This document shows, piece after piece, positions 26,045-40,902 of a DNA stretch of 64,000 bases. This stretch comes from Macrostomum lignano (taxonomy: Eukaryota), in the NCBI GenBank assembly GCA_002269645.1, contig NIVC01000765.1, positions 1-64,000 on the forward strand, given 5' to 3'. The first letter of the stretch is position 1. Each line of letters begins with the position of its first letter. Both the position numbers and the translations under genes were made by a program. Under the pieces are notes generated by a model. It saw only the letters and a program-made list of their open reading frames with translations. It did no database searches and was not told where the DNA came from.

Positions 26045-26480
26045 GCACCTGTACCTGTACCCAGATAGCCAGCATACACGTGCACCCAGATAGCCAGCAT
26101 ATACCCAGATAGCCAGCATATACCCAGATAGCAAGCATCCGCAAGACAGCAAGCATACACACAGATAGCCAGCATACACGTGCACCCAGATAGCCAGCAT
26201 ATACCCAGAGAGCCAGCATATACCCAGATAGCAAGCATCCCCAAGACAGCAAGCATACACCCAGATAGCCAGCATACACCCAGATAGCCAGCATACACCC
26301 AGATAGCCAGCATACACCCAGATAGCCAGCATACACCCAGATAGCCAGCATACACCCAGATAGCCAGCATACACCCAGATAGCAAGCATCCTGCAGATAC
26401 CAAACATCCCCCAGATAGCAAGCATCTTGCAGATACCTGGTAGCAAGCATCATCCAGGTAGCAAACATCCAACCAGATAG
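26045..26480. repeat. ~19-bp tandem repeat (ccagatagccagcatacac), related to the Helitron-internal satellite at 47455
   Basis: Shared core cagatagc(a/c)agca. Confidence 0.9.
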
Positions 26481-27354
26481 CAAGCATCCCTGGATAGAAA
26501 GATTCCCATACATGTACTCGTAGATACATGCAGCCAGTACCCCTTCTCCCAAATAGCAAGTAACCAGCCTCCTTCAAGAGAGAAATCTTAGTAAAAATGG
26601 TCAAAATCTATTTTTAAAAATGGCTTGGTCAAAATCGATTGTAAACTGTTCAATATTGATTCGGAGTTGTCAAAAATGAAGCGGACTTTTTGGGTACACA
26701 AACCATAGAGTGTCAGTTTTGAAGCAACTCTGTCAAAATAGAATCGGACTTTGCAGCCCAACCAGTCAGGCTATTTTAGTCTGCGTGTGTAAAATGATGG
26801 AGAAAAATAAATTTTATCAATACTTGTAGATCCAAAAAGCAAAGTCAGAATAAGCTGATTTTGCACAGCTCACTTCAGCTCCGTTCAGGCTTTCAGTGGA
26901 TTACTTTGTTACCGAATTCTCCCAGGAGAAGTTGACTAAACGTGCATCAATTGTCAAAATTGAACCAGAGTTTGTCAAAAATGAAGCTTGATCTGTCAAT
27001 ATTGATTGTAGATTTTGAGTGCCCGACCATAGAGTGTCAATATTGAAGAGGAGTTTGTCGGTTTCGAAGTTCTCCTTGTTCAAAATCGAGGGTAAAATGG
27101 TGTATTTATTAACAAAAATACTGAGCGATGGATTTTTTCAATCCAAATGTCTATGGTACACATCAAAACTGTGGAATAATGGCCAAAATATTTTTTCATT
27201 GCGTCTGGGTAAAAGTATAATTACAATGACTAAATTAACTTCACTTATGTCCAAAAAATGTTAAAAGGTATACATGCACGACTTGTTGACAGTTGCTTTC
27301 ACGAGCTAATTTTGTTTATTCTGCATGCCCACGCAGTGCAAATTACATGTAGAT

Positions 27355-28354
27355 CAGGGGTTGGCAAACTCTTAGTCTCCAGGGCCACATGGGGAACCTA
27401 GCGCATGACTGCGGGCCAGAGGAGAGGAGAAAGGAGATGGAGTAGAAAAGAGAGGAAATAAGAGAGAGGAGCGAGGAGAGGAGAGGAAAGGAGAGAAAAG
27501 GAGAGGAGAGGAGAGGAGAGGAGAGGAGGGGAGAGGAGAGGAGAGGAGAGGAGAAGAGAAGAGAAGAGAGGAGAAGAGAGGAGAGGAGAGGAGGGAGAGA
27601 GGAGAGAAGAGTAGAAGAGAGGCTAGGAGAGGAGAGGAGAGGAGAAGAGAGGAGAGGAGAGGAGAGGAGAGGAGAGGAGAGGAGAGGAGAGGAGAGGAGA
27701 GGAGAGGAGAGGAGAGGAGAGGAGAGGAGAGGAGAGGAGAGGAGAGGAGAGGAGAGGAGAGGAGAGGAGAGGAGAGGAGAGGAGAGGAGAGGAGAGGAGA
27801 GGAGAGGAGAGGAGAGGAGAGGAGAGGAGAGAGAGAGAGAGAGGAGAGGAGAGGAGAGGAGAGGAGAGGAGAAGAGAAGAGAAGAGAAGAGAGGAGAAGA
27901 GAGGAGAGGAGAGGAGGGAGAGAGGAGAGAAGAGTAGAAGAGAGGCTAGGAGAGGAGAGGAGAGGAGAAGAGAGGAGAGGAGAGGAGAGGAGAGGAGAGG
28001 AGAGGAGAGGAGAGGAGAGGAGAGGAGAGGAGAGGAGAGGAGAGGAGAGGTGAGGAGAGGAGAGGAGAGGAGAGGAGAGGAGAGGAGAGGAGAGGAGAGG
28101 AGAGGAGCGGAGAAGAGAGGAGAGGAGAAGAGAGGAGAGGAGAGGAGAGGAGAGAGAGGAGAGGAGAGGAGAGAGGAGAGGAGAGGAGAGGAGAGGAGAG
28201 AGAGAGAGAGAGAGAGGAGATTAGAGAAGAGAGCTGAAAAGAGACAACCAACCTTGAGGCCGAATTGCTATTGTGAAATTTCAAAGGCCCCAAGAGCAAA
28301 TAGAGAGGCGTAGTGACCGCATGTGGCCCGCGGGCCGGAGTCATCCGACCCCTG
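27355..28354. mobile_element. hAT (Charlie-like) non-autonomous element with an internal (GAGAG)n expansion
   Basis: CAGGGG..CCCCTG termini with typical subterminal gcgggcc motifs; 8-bp flanks atgtagat / atgtttaa only partly match; (GAGAG)n at ~27415-28230. Confidence 0.6.
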
Positions 28355-28940
28355 ATGTTTAACAAAAGTAAGCAATCCTATACTGAAACTGACTTGTCTC
28401 TAGGTTAGACGAAACGCTAACTTATAAACTTCGAATAAAGACCATGCAATCAAAATCTGCGAGTCTGGAGTCCAGACCACAGAATATGTGGTGCAGACGT
28501 TGGGATATGGGAATTTTATTGCTAAAAAAATGACAATCTTCTGTCTCTCGTCAATACATTTTAAAGCAAAACTGCAAAATTTACACAGAATGCCGAATCG
28601 AACATTTTTAATCCGAATTTAAAATTCTCAGTCACTTTAGTCAGTAGTATCAAGCAACTTACAATAATCCAATTTGATTCCAAGAGCAGTTACTAAGCCT
28701 AAAGTTACATCGAGGCTCAATGAACAAATGGGTCAATTGTATAGTAAGTACATCGTGTTCCGCCCTCACACAGATAGCAGAAGTCGTGTGTTCTCTCTCC
28801 AAATGCCATAGACTATGTGGATAAGGCAAAAGCGCGCCCTCTCCTTTTGAATTCCGTGCATCGAAAATTTGCATTACCGCTAGCTCGCTAGAGCTGCAAC
28901 GCATGCAAGCCAAATAACCTCGCCCAGCCAGTTGTCCTGC

Positions 28941-29183
28941 ATGGAGGCAATCGGGTCGGAGGTCTCCGTAACAGTTCGTCTTGAGTTCTCGGACCACGCC
29001 GAGTACTACAACCAGGCCAGGGAGCTCATCCAGCTGTGCCAGACGTTGCCTTGGATCGTCTTGACCTGCTGCCGAGTGCGACCGCTGCACTATCCCGATC
29101 TCTGCTTTTACAGGGTCACCATTAACTCAAATCTGGCGTACTTCAATCGCAGCTTTGAACAGCTGTCGCTTGGAGCTGTTGAG
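28941..29183 (+). CDS. Possible coding exon of an unidentified gene
   Basis: 81 codons from ATG with GC3-rich usage like the real genes here (MEAIGSEVSVTVRLEFSDHAEYYNQARELIQLCQ..), ending at a GC-type donor-like gag|gcaagt; no family recognised. Confidence 0.35.
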
Positions 29184-30439
29184 GCAAGTGACTATTGCAC
29201 TTGTGTAGCTAGAAGACAATAGAAAAGTATCTATTTTCTGAATTTTTAAAAAGCAGCCTAAATCCAGATTAATGGAAGTGATAGCTAAGGGATGGTAAAA
29301 TTCATAAGTTCGAACCTTAACATCGTCGCATTCGAAAACATTCTAAGTTACTACTACAACTACTAAGCCGTACGTTCTTTACTTATTTACCTATACTAAT
29401 TTCTACTCATCTGCATTGTCTCCTTTCTGAGGGTAACTGCAGCTGCTGATATCAATTAGTTTTGATAGGATTATATTTTTTTCTCCATGAAGGTGTTTGA
29501 TAACTTGCTGAATTTTTTATTTAAGCTTCATTGCAATTCCCCCTTAAGACCCTCCCCCCTCAGTCTCGGAATTTATCTTACCTAATCTTCAATAGATCTC
29601 CATGCCTCTATTGAAGTTTAGGTACGTAAAATCCATCCCCATGAAGATTCTCCCCATCCTAAATCCCCCCATTCCCCATGCTTTGGTGGTTGGCTTTAAG
29701 CTACAAAAAAATGAAGCTCAAATTTGAAATCAGCACCAGCAAATACCCGGGCCATAGAGACAAAATTATGATCCTATCGAAACTGCAACTATTCTATCTA
29801 CCTAAAGTTCAAAAAGTCCGAATTTTCGGCTGTCTCAAACTTGGAGCTTAGGAAGTTGCGTACTATTTGAACTGGAACATAATCAATTCAAGCCTGAATT
29901 CAAAACAATTTCAGATCATCAAGAAGGCTCACAAAGCACGGACGGGTGAACATTAACTGATTCTATCCTCGTTGATTAACGCTTGCTCACAACTGTTCAT
30001 TCAGTCTGCAACTGCGCTTAACTTATATGTCTTATATTATCAATATTTTAGCTTACACTACTTATAAGTAGTTTCAAGATTGTGGTCAAGCTTACTCCTG
30101 AAAATAATGTAGTCATTATTTTGCTAAGCTATACTGAGCTTGAGCAGGACGAGTTTGAGCCTGAGAGCGATAGAAAATCAATCGTTCCGCTACGAGATGC
30201 TGCAAGTCGCGCGATTTGAGAAGCCACTTAGCTGTCATGGGGAAATTTGCACCCCACTGTGACCTTCTCCTACTCAGAAACTGACCATAGGAACCGTAGA
30301 ACTACTGCTCAATTTTGAGTACAGAATTATAATCTTAGCCCGTTAAATTAACAAATTAAATCAAATTAACTCAATTTCACTGTAAAGTGCGTTTCTAAAA
30401 TATCACAAGACTGACATTGATGACAGAATTGCTTAGCAG

Positions 30440-31266
30440 ACTCACTCATGAAGCTTTGAGCTCACTCATGAAGCTTTGAGCTCACTCATGAAGCTTTTAA
30501 CTCACTCATGAAGCTTTGAGCTCACTCATGAAGCTTTGAACTCACTCATGAAGCTTTTAACTCACTCATGAAGCTTTTAACTCACTCATAAAGCTTTTAA
30601 TTCACTCATCAAACTATGAACTCACTCATAAAGCTTTTAACTCACTCATGAAGCTTTTAATTCACTCATGAAGCTTTGAACTTACTCATGAAACTATGAA
30701 CTCACTCATGAAGCTATGAACTCACTCATGAAGCTTTGAACTCCCTCATGAAGCTATGAACTCACTCATGAAGCTATGAACTCACTCATGAAGCTTTGAA
30801 CTCACTCATTAAGCTGTGAACTCACTCATGAAGCTTTGAACTCACTCATGAAGCTGTGAACTCAGTCATGAAGCTTTGTACTCACTCATTAAGCTGTGAA
30901 CTCACTCATTAAGCTGTGAACTCACTCATGAAGCTTTGAACTCACTCATGAAGCTTTGAACTCACTCATTAAGCTGTGAACTCACTCATGAAGCTTTGAA
31001 CTCACTCATGAAGCTGTGAACTCAGTCATGAAGCTTTGTACTCACTCATTAAGCTGTGAACTCACTCATTAAGCTGTGAACTCACTCATTAAGCTGTGAA
31101 CTCACTCATGAAGCTTTGAACTCACTCATGAAGCTATGAACTTAGTCATGTAGCTTTGAACTCAGTCATGAAGATTTGAACTCAGTCAGGAAACTAAGAA
31201 CTCACTCATTAAGCTTTGAACTCACTCATTAATCTATTGACTCACTCATTAAGCTATGAACTCACC
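30440..31266. repeat. 20-bp minisatellite (aactcactcatgaagctttg), about 41 copies
   Basis: Direct observation. Confidence 0.97.
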
Positions 31267-31907
31267 CACTAATGGGTAGTGAAAGATTCACTTTTCGGTA
31301 GGCATTTACGGTTAAAATGTAGAACAAGACTACAGACTGACCATCGCAATGTACGCTCGTACGCATACAAACGTTCAGAGCCAATTAATTAATCAGATTG
31401 CACTTTTTAAAGTCGGAAAAATAGACACCACAAGAGGTAAGTGTTTAGTGTGCAGCTTATGGCGCTGCATAGTCAGTGAGGCAAGTGTAAGTCCGCTCAA
31501 ACTCATTGATTTGAGACTGGCGATAAGAACTGCGATGCAGCTATGATTAGGAGTTGAAAACAGAAAACAGACAATAATGTGGAGCTGCGCCTTGACACTT
31601 CATAATTAATTCTGGCATCACTAGAAACAATCTACCTTGGGAATTTGGGGATGCATAGAGATTATGAGGAGCTGCCCGAGAGATTACAATCTGAGGAATT
31701 TTAGGTAGCTCCGTTATTAAAGTACAGCTGCAATGAGACAAAGGGAGATACCCAAAGGATACCATTTAGTTGGGAATTTATTAGCATCGAGAAACATTAT
31801 TCTCAGTTTGTTTGCACAAAGTGGAATGGATTTTAGCATACTCTCGAGAACGAATAGCGCTTAATGAGGTTTTGCCATAGACGAATTTGTCTGAGAAATT
31901 CGGCTTA

Positions 31908-34796
31908 AGCACCAAGGGGCTTTAGCACCAAGGGGCTTTAGCACCAAGGGGCTTTAGCACCAAGGGGCTTTAGCACCAAGGGGCTTTAGCACCAAGGGGC
32001 TTTAGCACCAAGGGGCTTTAGCACCAAGGGGCTTTAGCACCAAGGGGCTTTAGCACCAAGGGGCTTTAGCACCAAGGGGCTTTAGCACCAAGGGGCTTTA
32101 GCACCAAGGGGCTTTAGCACCAAGGGGCTTTAGCACCAAGGGGCTTTAGCACCAAGGGGCTTTAGCACCAAGGGGCTTTAGCACCAAGGGGCTTTAGCAC
32201 CAAGGGGCTTTAGCACCAAGGGGCTTTAGCACCAAGGGGCTTTAGCACCAAGGGGCTTTAGCACCAAGGGGCTTTAGCACCAAGGGGCTTTAGCACCAAG
32301 GGGCTTTAGCACCAAGGGGCTTTAGCACCAAGGGGCTTTAGCACCAAGGGGCTTTAGCACCAAGGGGCTTTAGCACCAAGGGGCTTTAGCACCAAGGGGC
32401 TTTAGCACCAAGGGGCTTTAGCACCAAGGGGCTTTAGCACCAAGGGGCTTTAGCACCAAGGGGCTTTAGCACCAAGGGGCTTTAGCACCAAGGGGCTTTA
32501 GCACCAAGGGGCTTTAGCACCAAGGGGCTTTAGCACCAAGGGGCTTTAGCACCAAGGGGCTTTAGCACCAAGGGGCTTTAGCACCAAGGGCTTTAGCACC
32601 AAGGGGCTTTAGCACCAAGGGGCTTTAGCACCAAGGGGCTTTAGCACCAAGGGGCTTTAGCACCAAGGGGCGCCAGCACCAAGGGGCTTTAGCACCAAGG
32701 GGCTTTAGCACCAAGGGGCTTTAGCACCAAGGGGCTTTAGCACCAAGGGGCTTTAGCACCAAGGGGCTTTAGCACCAAGGGGCTTTAGCACCAAGGGGCT
32801 TTAGCACCAAGGGGCTTTAGCACCAAGGGGCGCCAGCACCAAGGGGCGCCAGCACCAAGGGGCTTTAGCACCAAGGGGCTTTAGCACCAAGGGGCTTTAG
32901 CACCAAGGGGCTTTAGCACCAAGGGGCTTTAGCACCAAAGGGCGCCAGCACCAAGGGGCTTTAGCACCAAGGGGCTTTAGCACCAAGGGGCTTTAGCACC
33001 AAGGGGCTTTAGCACCAAGGGGCTTTAGCACCAAGGGGCTTTAGCACCAAGGGGCTTTAGCACCAAGGGGCTTTAGCACCAAGGGGCTTTAGCACCAAGG
33101 GGCTTTAGCACCAAGGGGCTTTAGCACCAAGGGGCTTTAGCACCAAGGGGCTTTAGCACCAAGGGGCTTTAGCACCAAGGGGCTTTAGCACCAAGGGGCT
33201 TTAGCACCAAGGGGCTTTAGCACCAAGGGGCTTTAGCACCAAGGGGCTTTAGCACCAAGGGGCTTTAGCACCAAGGGGCTTTAGCACCAAGGGGCTTTAG
33301 CACCAAGGGGCTTTAGCACCAAGGGGCTTTAGCACCAAGGGGCTTTAGCACCAAGGGGCTTTAGCACCAAGGGGCTTTAGCACCAAGGGGCTTTAGCACC
33401 AAGGGGCTTTAGCACCAAGGGGCTTTAGCACCAAGGGGCTTTAGCACCAAGGGGCTTTAGCACCAAGGGGCTTTAGCACCAAGGGGCTTTAGCACCAAGG
33501 GGCTTTAGCACCAAGGGGCTTTAGCACCAAGGGGCTTTAGCACCAAGGGGCTTTAGCACCAAGGGGCTTTAGCACCAAGGGGCTTTAGCACCAAGGGGCT
33601 TTAGCACCAAGGGGCTTTAGCACCAAGGGGCTTTAGCACCAAGGGGCTTTAGCACCAAGGGGCTTTAGCACCAAGGGGCTTTAGCACCAAGGGGCTTTAG
33701 CACCAAGGGGCTTTAGCACCAAGGGGCTTTAGCACCAAGGGGCTTTAGCACCAAGGGGCTTTAGCACCAAGGGGCTTTAGCACCAAGGGGCTTTAGCACC
33801 AAGGGGCTTTAGCACCAAGGGGCTTTAGCACCAAGGGGCTTTAGCACCAAGGGGCTTTAGCACCAAGGGGCTTTAGCACCAAGGGGCTTTAGCACCAAGG
33901 GGCTTTAGCACCAAGGGGCTTTAGCACCAAGGGGCTTTAGCACCAAGGGGCTTTAGCACCAAGGGGCTTTAGCACCAAGGGGCTTTAGCACCAAGGGGCT
34001 TTAGCACCAAGGGGCTTTAGCACCAAGGGGCTTTAGCACCAAGGGGCTTTAGCACCAAGGGGCTTTAGCACCAAGGGGCTTTAGCACCAAGGGGCTTTAG
34101 CACCAAGGGGCTTTAGCACCAAGGGGCTTTAGCACCAAGGGGCTTTAGCACCAAGGGGCTTTAGCACCAAGGGGCTTTAGCACCAAGGGGCTTTAGCACC
34201 AAGGGGCTTTAGCACCAAGGGGCTTTAGCACCAAGGGGCTTTAGCACCAAGGGGCTTTAGCACCAAGGGGCTTTAGCACCAAGGGGCTTTAGCACCAAGG
34301 GGCTTTAGCACCAAGGGGCTTTAGCACCAAGGGGCTTTAGCACCAAGGGGCTTTAGCACCAAGGGGCTTTAGCACCAAGGGGCTTTAGCACCAAGGGGCT
34401 TTAGCACCAAGGGGCTTTAGCACCAAGGGGCTTTAGCACCAAGGGGCTTTAGCACCAAGGGGCTTTAGCACCAAGGGGCTTTAGCACCAAGGGGCTTTAG
34501 CACCAAGGGGCTTTAGCACCAAGGGGCTTTAGCACCAAGGGGCTTTAGCACCAAGGGGCTTTAGCACCAAGGGGCTTTAGCACCAAGGGGCTTTAGCACC
34601 AAGGGGCTTTAGCACCAAGGGGCGCCAGCACCAAGGGGCTTTAGCACCTTGGGGCTTTAGCACCAAGGGGCTTTAGCACCAAGGGGCTTTAGCACCAAGG
34701 GGCTTTAGCACCAAGGGGCTTTAGCACCAAGGGGCTTTAGCACCAAGGGGCTTTAGCACCAAGGGGCTTTAGCACCAAGGGGCGCCAGCACCAAGG
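31908..34796. repeat. 16-bp satellite (ttagcaccaaggggct), about 180 copies, nearly homogeneous
   Basis: Direct observation; rare gcgcc variant units. Confidence 0.98.
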
Positions 34797-35339
34797 CAAA
34801 CTAGTGTTCTATCATCAGAGTCAGAAGTCAATAAAAACTGCTACAAAAAAGCAAAGAAAAAACTGTTAGTCGGCGGATCGATGAATTCTTTTGAAAAAAC
34901 ATTGCCACTGCATTTACACAAGTTGACAAAGAAAAGCCGGAAGTGATCTAAAACAGGGTTAAGGGATGCCTGCTGTTGCAGAGGCTGCAGTGGCTCTATG
35001 AAAGCTTCCATTCTACAAGCAATTTATTTCTGCACTCAGTACTGCAATGCTATGCTCGAGTTATTCTGTTTGCATAAGCAGTGCCGCTTGCCAGAATCTC
35101 TGCTCGCATAAGTCTGATATGAAATATTGATATTTTCTCCATGAGCAGATGAGCTATGATCTGTAAGAGGGCTTAAGATCGAGTTAGCTGTAGCATTTCA
35201 CTTTGCGAATGCATATCTTATTGTTTTATCAGATCAGATTGAAATGCGACCACTTCAAAAACTGTTTCAAGACCATCTATTGAACTTATATTCCATAGAG
35301 GGCTACTGAAAGTTACCATATTTAGCATGCACACACTCT

Positions 35340-35425
35340 GTGCACACACTATGTACACACACTATGTACACACACTATGTACACACACTATGTACACACA
35401 CTATGTACACACACTATGTACACCT
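35340..35425. repeat. 13-bp tandem repeat (cacacactatgta)
   Basis: About 6 copies. Confidence 0.85.
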
Positions 35426-35772
35426 AATATGTACACACGCAGAGCTACTGAATGTCCTGAAGAAATTCAGGATAAATTCTAAGTAAGAAAAGTTTAAGAC
35501 TGGCACGCAACGAGCGACCCTGGGCCAAAAAATATTTCATGCTTGATGTTGCGGAGCAATTAAATCCCGGCTTCAATTCTGTAGGAGAGACTGCGGACGG
35601 TCACGTAAATGTATGAGTATTAAGAAAAACTGGCTAAGGTGATAAAACAGAGTGATAAAACTTTCCCAGGATTTAAAATTTTACAATGCGATACTCAAAT
35701 TCACTGACCTGACTCACTGCATCATAAATTCTTGTCCACTGGGGCAAGCCTAGTTATGAAAACATAAGCTGA

Positions 35773-36773
<1,001 letters not shown>

Positions 36774-37330
36774 GCGGTCTGAAAATCTGATCCGAAATCA
36801 ATGCCAATGGTAACAAAGACTAACTCAATTTTTCCCTACCGTCATCGCACACGGAGAGAGCTAGTTATTTGTAATGAAAGGTACATGCAAACTTTCCCAC
36901 AGGATTGAAGGCTAAACTTGTCTCACCAGGCGGGAGCCGGCACGGATCGAACCCCCGCGGGCCAGGCACGCGAAAGAGATAATTCCTGAACGGTGGCACT
37001 GAGCCCAGCTGGCATTGACCCATCGCTGGCTGCTGGCTACATTGCAGCACGAGCATTGGTTGCTATGGCGTTCTACAACTGTCCCAGCTCAACTCAGCCT
37101 AGTCTTCGTGTCCGAATCGGATTTCGGCAATCGAACCAATCGATGCAGCTTACCTACCTATCTTTCTCTTCAAGATCCCAAATTAGCTTCCCCGTTGGCT
37201 TAACGCCGATTTCACCTGCCGCGGGCGCTAATCTCCTAATTGGCTTCTTCTGCTTGCAGATTTGGCAATCAGAAAAATTGTTGCGTCTTTTTGTTTGAAA
37301 GATTTGGTAATTGACAGATTATCGTGTTAA

Positions 37331-38010
<680 letters not shown>

Positions 38011-38657
38011 TCATAAACCCACTAGAAGATTGAAAATGAAATGAATCAAATTTAAGCTAAAAAACATAAGCGGGCTATCGGAACAAAAATCACAGGCTTG
38101 AGAGACTGGCCTCGCTTGCTCCTCCATCTCTGCAACTTTTTACAGCATCCTTTCCCTTTCTCTCTCTCCCGCACTCGCATCCCAGCAATCCATTCTAACT
38201 TCATCAGCCAGCGGCCAATAGCAGAATCGAGAAGAAGCTGAGGCGCACTGTAGAGATGAAGCGATAGACAAGATAGCCCAGTCAAATGTAGACCCCTTGG
38301 CAACCGCTGGCTTTAATCCAAACAGACAGACGGATTCAGAGACATATAGGATTTTCAATTTCCAACAAGCTAATCTCCCCGTGTCAGTTGAGGCGGAGCA
38401 ATTTCAAATCCCCCACCCCCAGATTGAGTAGTAGGATTGAAATCCGCTTTCAACCAATTTTTTACTGTCTCTGCTGCCGAAGCCCCAGCCAAGAATCCAC
38501 GCAAGTCTGCTTTGTTAATCTGCATTCGACTCGAGCATTGATAGAAACTAAAGATAACGCAGACGACTCGATTATTTAAATACAGCCTCCGCAAACGGTG
38601 CAGGATTCGCCATGTAAAACCTGCTTCGAGCAGAAGTTCGACTCACAGTTGGTAATA

Positions 38658-40329
38658 ATGAATCGTAACGTGCGTGGAAGATTGCTCAGTTTTAGCGCCT
38701 TCGTAGCTGCCGCAGCCATTGTTGGCCTTTTGGGGAAGCCTGGAAAAGCGGATCCTCGTGAGCTGCAGCAAGGAGACAGGTGCGTTTGATCCGAGATTTC
38801 AACTAACTGATCCCAGATCCCAGATTCATAGATCCTAGATTCCCTAGATCCCAGATCCCTAGATCCCAGATTCCTAGATCCCAGTTCCCTAGATCCCGGA
38901 TCCCTAGATCCCAGATCCCTAGATCCCAGATTCCTAGATCCCAGATCCCTAGATCCCAGATCCCTAGATCCCAGATCCCTAGATCCCAGATCCCTAGATC
39001 CCAGATCCCTAGATCCCAGATCCCTAATTTCAAGATTCCTAGATCTCAGATCCCTAGATCCCAGATCCCGCATCCCTAGATCCCGGATCCCTAGATCCCA
39101 GATCCCTAGATCCCAGATCCCTAGATCCCAGATTCCTAGATCCCAGATCCCTAGATCCCAGATTCCTAGATCCCAGATCCCTAGATTCTAGATCCTAAAT
39201 CCCAGATCCCTAGATCCCAGATCCCTAGATCCCAGATCCCAGATCCCTAGATCCCAGATCCCTAGATCTCAGATCCCTAGATTCCAGATCCCCAGATCAA
39301 ATCCTCAGATCCCAGATCTCAAGATCCCAGATCTCAAGATCCCAGATCCCAGGTTCTTTAATAACTCAATTTTTCATCTCCTCCAGCTTTCCGCCGATAA
39401 CCCACCGACGGTCCCGCTCGCTCGCGGAACCTTCAAAGCGGCAGGATCTCGGTCTGTTCCCGCGACCCCGCTCGCCGGTGTTCAACGTGCCGCCTGGCGA
39501 CGAGCTGACAATGCGCCAGCTGTACGACTGCCTCACCGAGCTGGTGGCCGCCTGCCAGTCAAGCGGCTTCGCCGACCTGCTGAAGGTGGACACCGAGGGC
39601 AGATCCCCGGGAGACTGGCGGGCGGAGCCGTGGCTGCTGGAGCAGCTCAGGGGGATGTTGTACCGGGTGCACCGGCCCGACAAGCTAGACGAGAGGCTGG
39701 CTCTGTGCTTCATCATCAAGACGCCGGACATATTTGACCAGTCGCGGCCGCGCCAGGACCCGGTGTGCATGCACCTGGCCAACGGCGGCTTCCGCATGGA
39801 GACGGACATTCTCCTGGCGCAGAAGACTCTATGCCGGAGAGGCCCGGAATCACCCGGGGTGCACTTCCTCTGCAGCCGGCCCGTCGCCGACACCACCATC
39901 TCAACGACGTCGGCTTCTGCGGTCGGCGTCACAATGGTGCCGGATTCCGCTGTAACTTCAGCGCTGGAGTCCGCCGAACTGATTCGCAGTCGGGCGTCCA
40001 GGAAGACGTCGACAACTGGCAGCAGCGCCGGCAGCAGCGCCGGCAGCAGAGCCGCCGCCGAGGAGAAACTGAAGTGCGCCCTGGTGTGGATCGTCGGCGT
40101 CCTGCTCGTCCTCATCATCGTCCTGGTGGCGGGCATCCTGACGCACACTCTGCTGAATAGGCAGAGCTACGCGCTGGCGCCGGCAACGCCGCAGTGCTTT
40201 GCCAACGACAAGACGTCGCTGATGGAAGAGAATGGCAGGTGCGCTGGCGTCGATGGCGGCGGCCGCAGCCCTGGAGGTGGCGGTGAAGACTCTCCAGGAC
40301 CGATTCGGCACAGCGAATGCGTACTGTGA
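38658..40329 (+). CDS. Two-exon orphan type I membrane protein, 354 aa (exons 38658-38779 and 39387-40329)
   Basis: ATG 38658 opens a signal-peptide-like stretch (MNRNVRGRLLSFSAFVAAAAIVGLLG); donor ag|gtgcgt (38780) and acceptor ctccag|c (39386) are both phase 2 and join in frame; exon 2 has RRSR, a Cys-containing domain, Ser/Thr stalk, TM helix LVWIVGVLLVLIIVLVAGIL and a short tail. Confidence 0.7.
38810..39350. repeat. 15-bp tandem repeat (agatcccagatccct) filling the intron
   Basis: Direct observation. Confidence 0.95.
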
Positions 40330-40367
40330 CTTTTCAGCGTTCGCTTCAGACTCCTGCACTGATTCAA

Positions 40368-40902
40368 GTCATGTGACAGTCCTGTGTTTAGTTCAGCTAG
40401 GTCACGTGACTGTCCTGGGTTCAGTTCAGGTCACGTGACAGTCCTGTGTTCAGTTCAGCTAGGTCACATGACTGTCCTGGGTTCAGTTCAAGTCACGTGA
40501 CACTTCTGTGTTCAGTTCAAGTCACGTGACTATTATGAGCTCAGTTCAGGTCACGTGATACCTAATTTGTGCTAGTTCGAGTCACGTGATCATTCCTATG
40601 TAGATATAAAACCTAAAAAGTATCACAATTCCGAAAATCTTTGCAAGGTTCGCAAATTCTTGGGAGGGCGCTGCATTGTACGTTTTCGGTCGTTATTTTA
40701 AACTTTCAGGTCGTGTGAGTTAGTAACTTGTCACGCCTAAATGTCACGTGACGTGATTGAACGCGGAATGGGTCGCTAGTCCAAGATTTCTGCGATCAGT
40801 GAGACCACGTGACCATCCCCGCAGCATTCATTCAAGTCACGCGAGAGGTTTGTGTTCATTCTGGTCACGAGATGTTCATGCATCCATTCATATCACGTGA
40901 CC
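40368..40902. repeat. Degenerate ~29-bp repeat and downstream cluster built around gtcacgtgac
   Basis: At least 8 TCACGTGA/CACGTG cores plus single-mismatch variants immediately 3' of the membrane-protein stop. Confidence 0.75.

Larger units (their letters stand above)
24610..27270. mobile_element. Non-autonomous TA-flanked DNA transposon (2.66 kb) carrying nested insertions
   Basis: TIR tacc(c/t)tttaaca(a)ttttttggacataagtgaagttaatttagtcatt at both ends; TA at 24608-24609 and 27271-27272; same TACC terminus as the MITE at 12589. Confidence 0.78.

Noticed and set aside
36930-37010. Minus-strand A-box/B-box pair (ggctcagtg..ggttcgatcc)
   Set aside because: No cloverleaf could be built; at most a SINE or tRNA remnant, too weak to annotate
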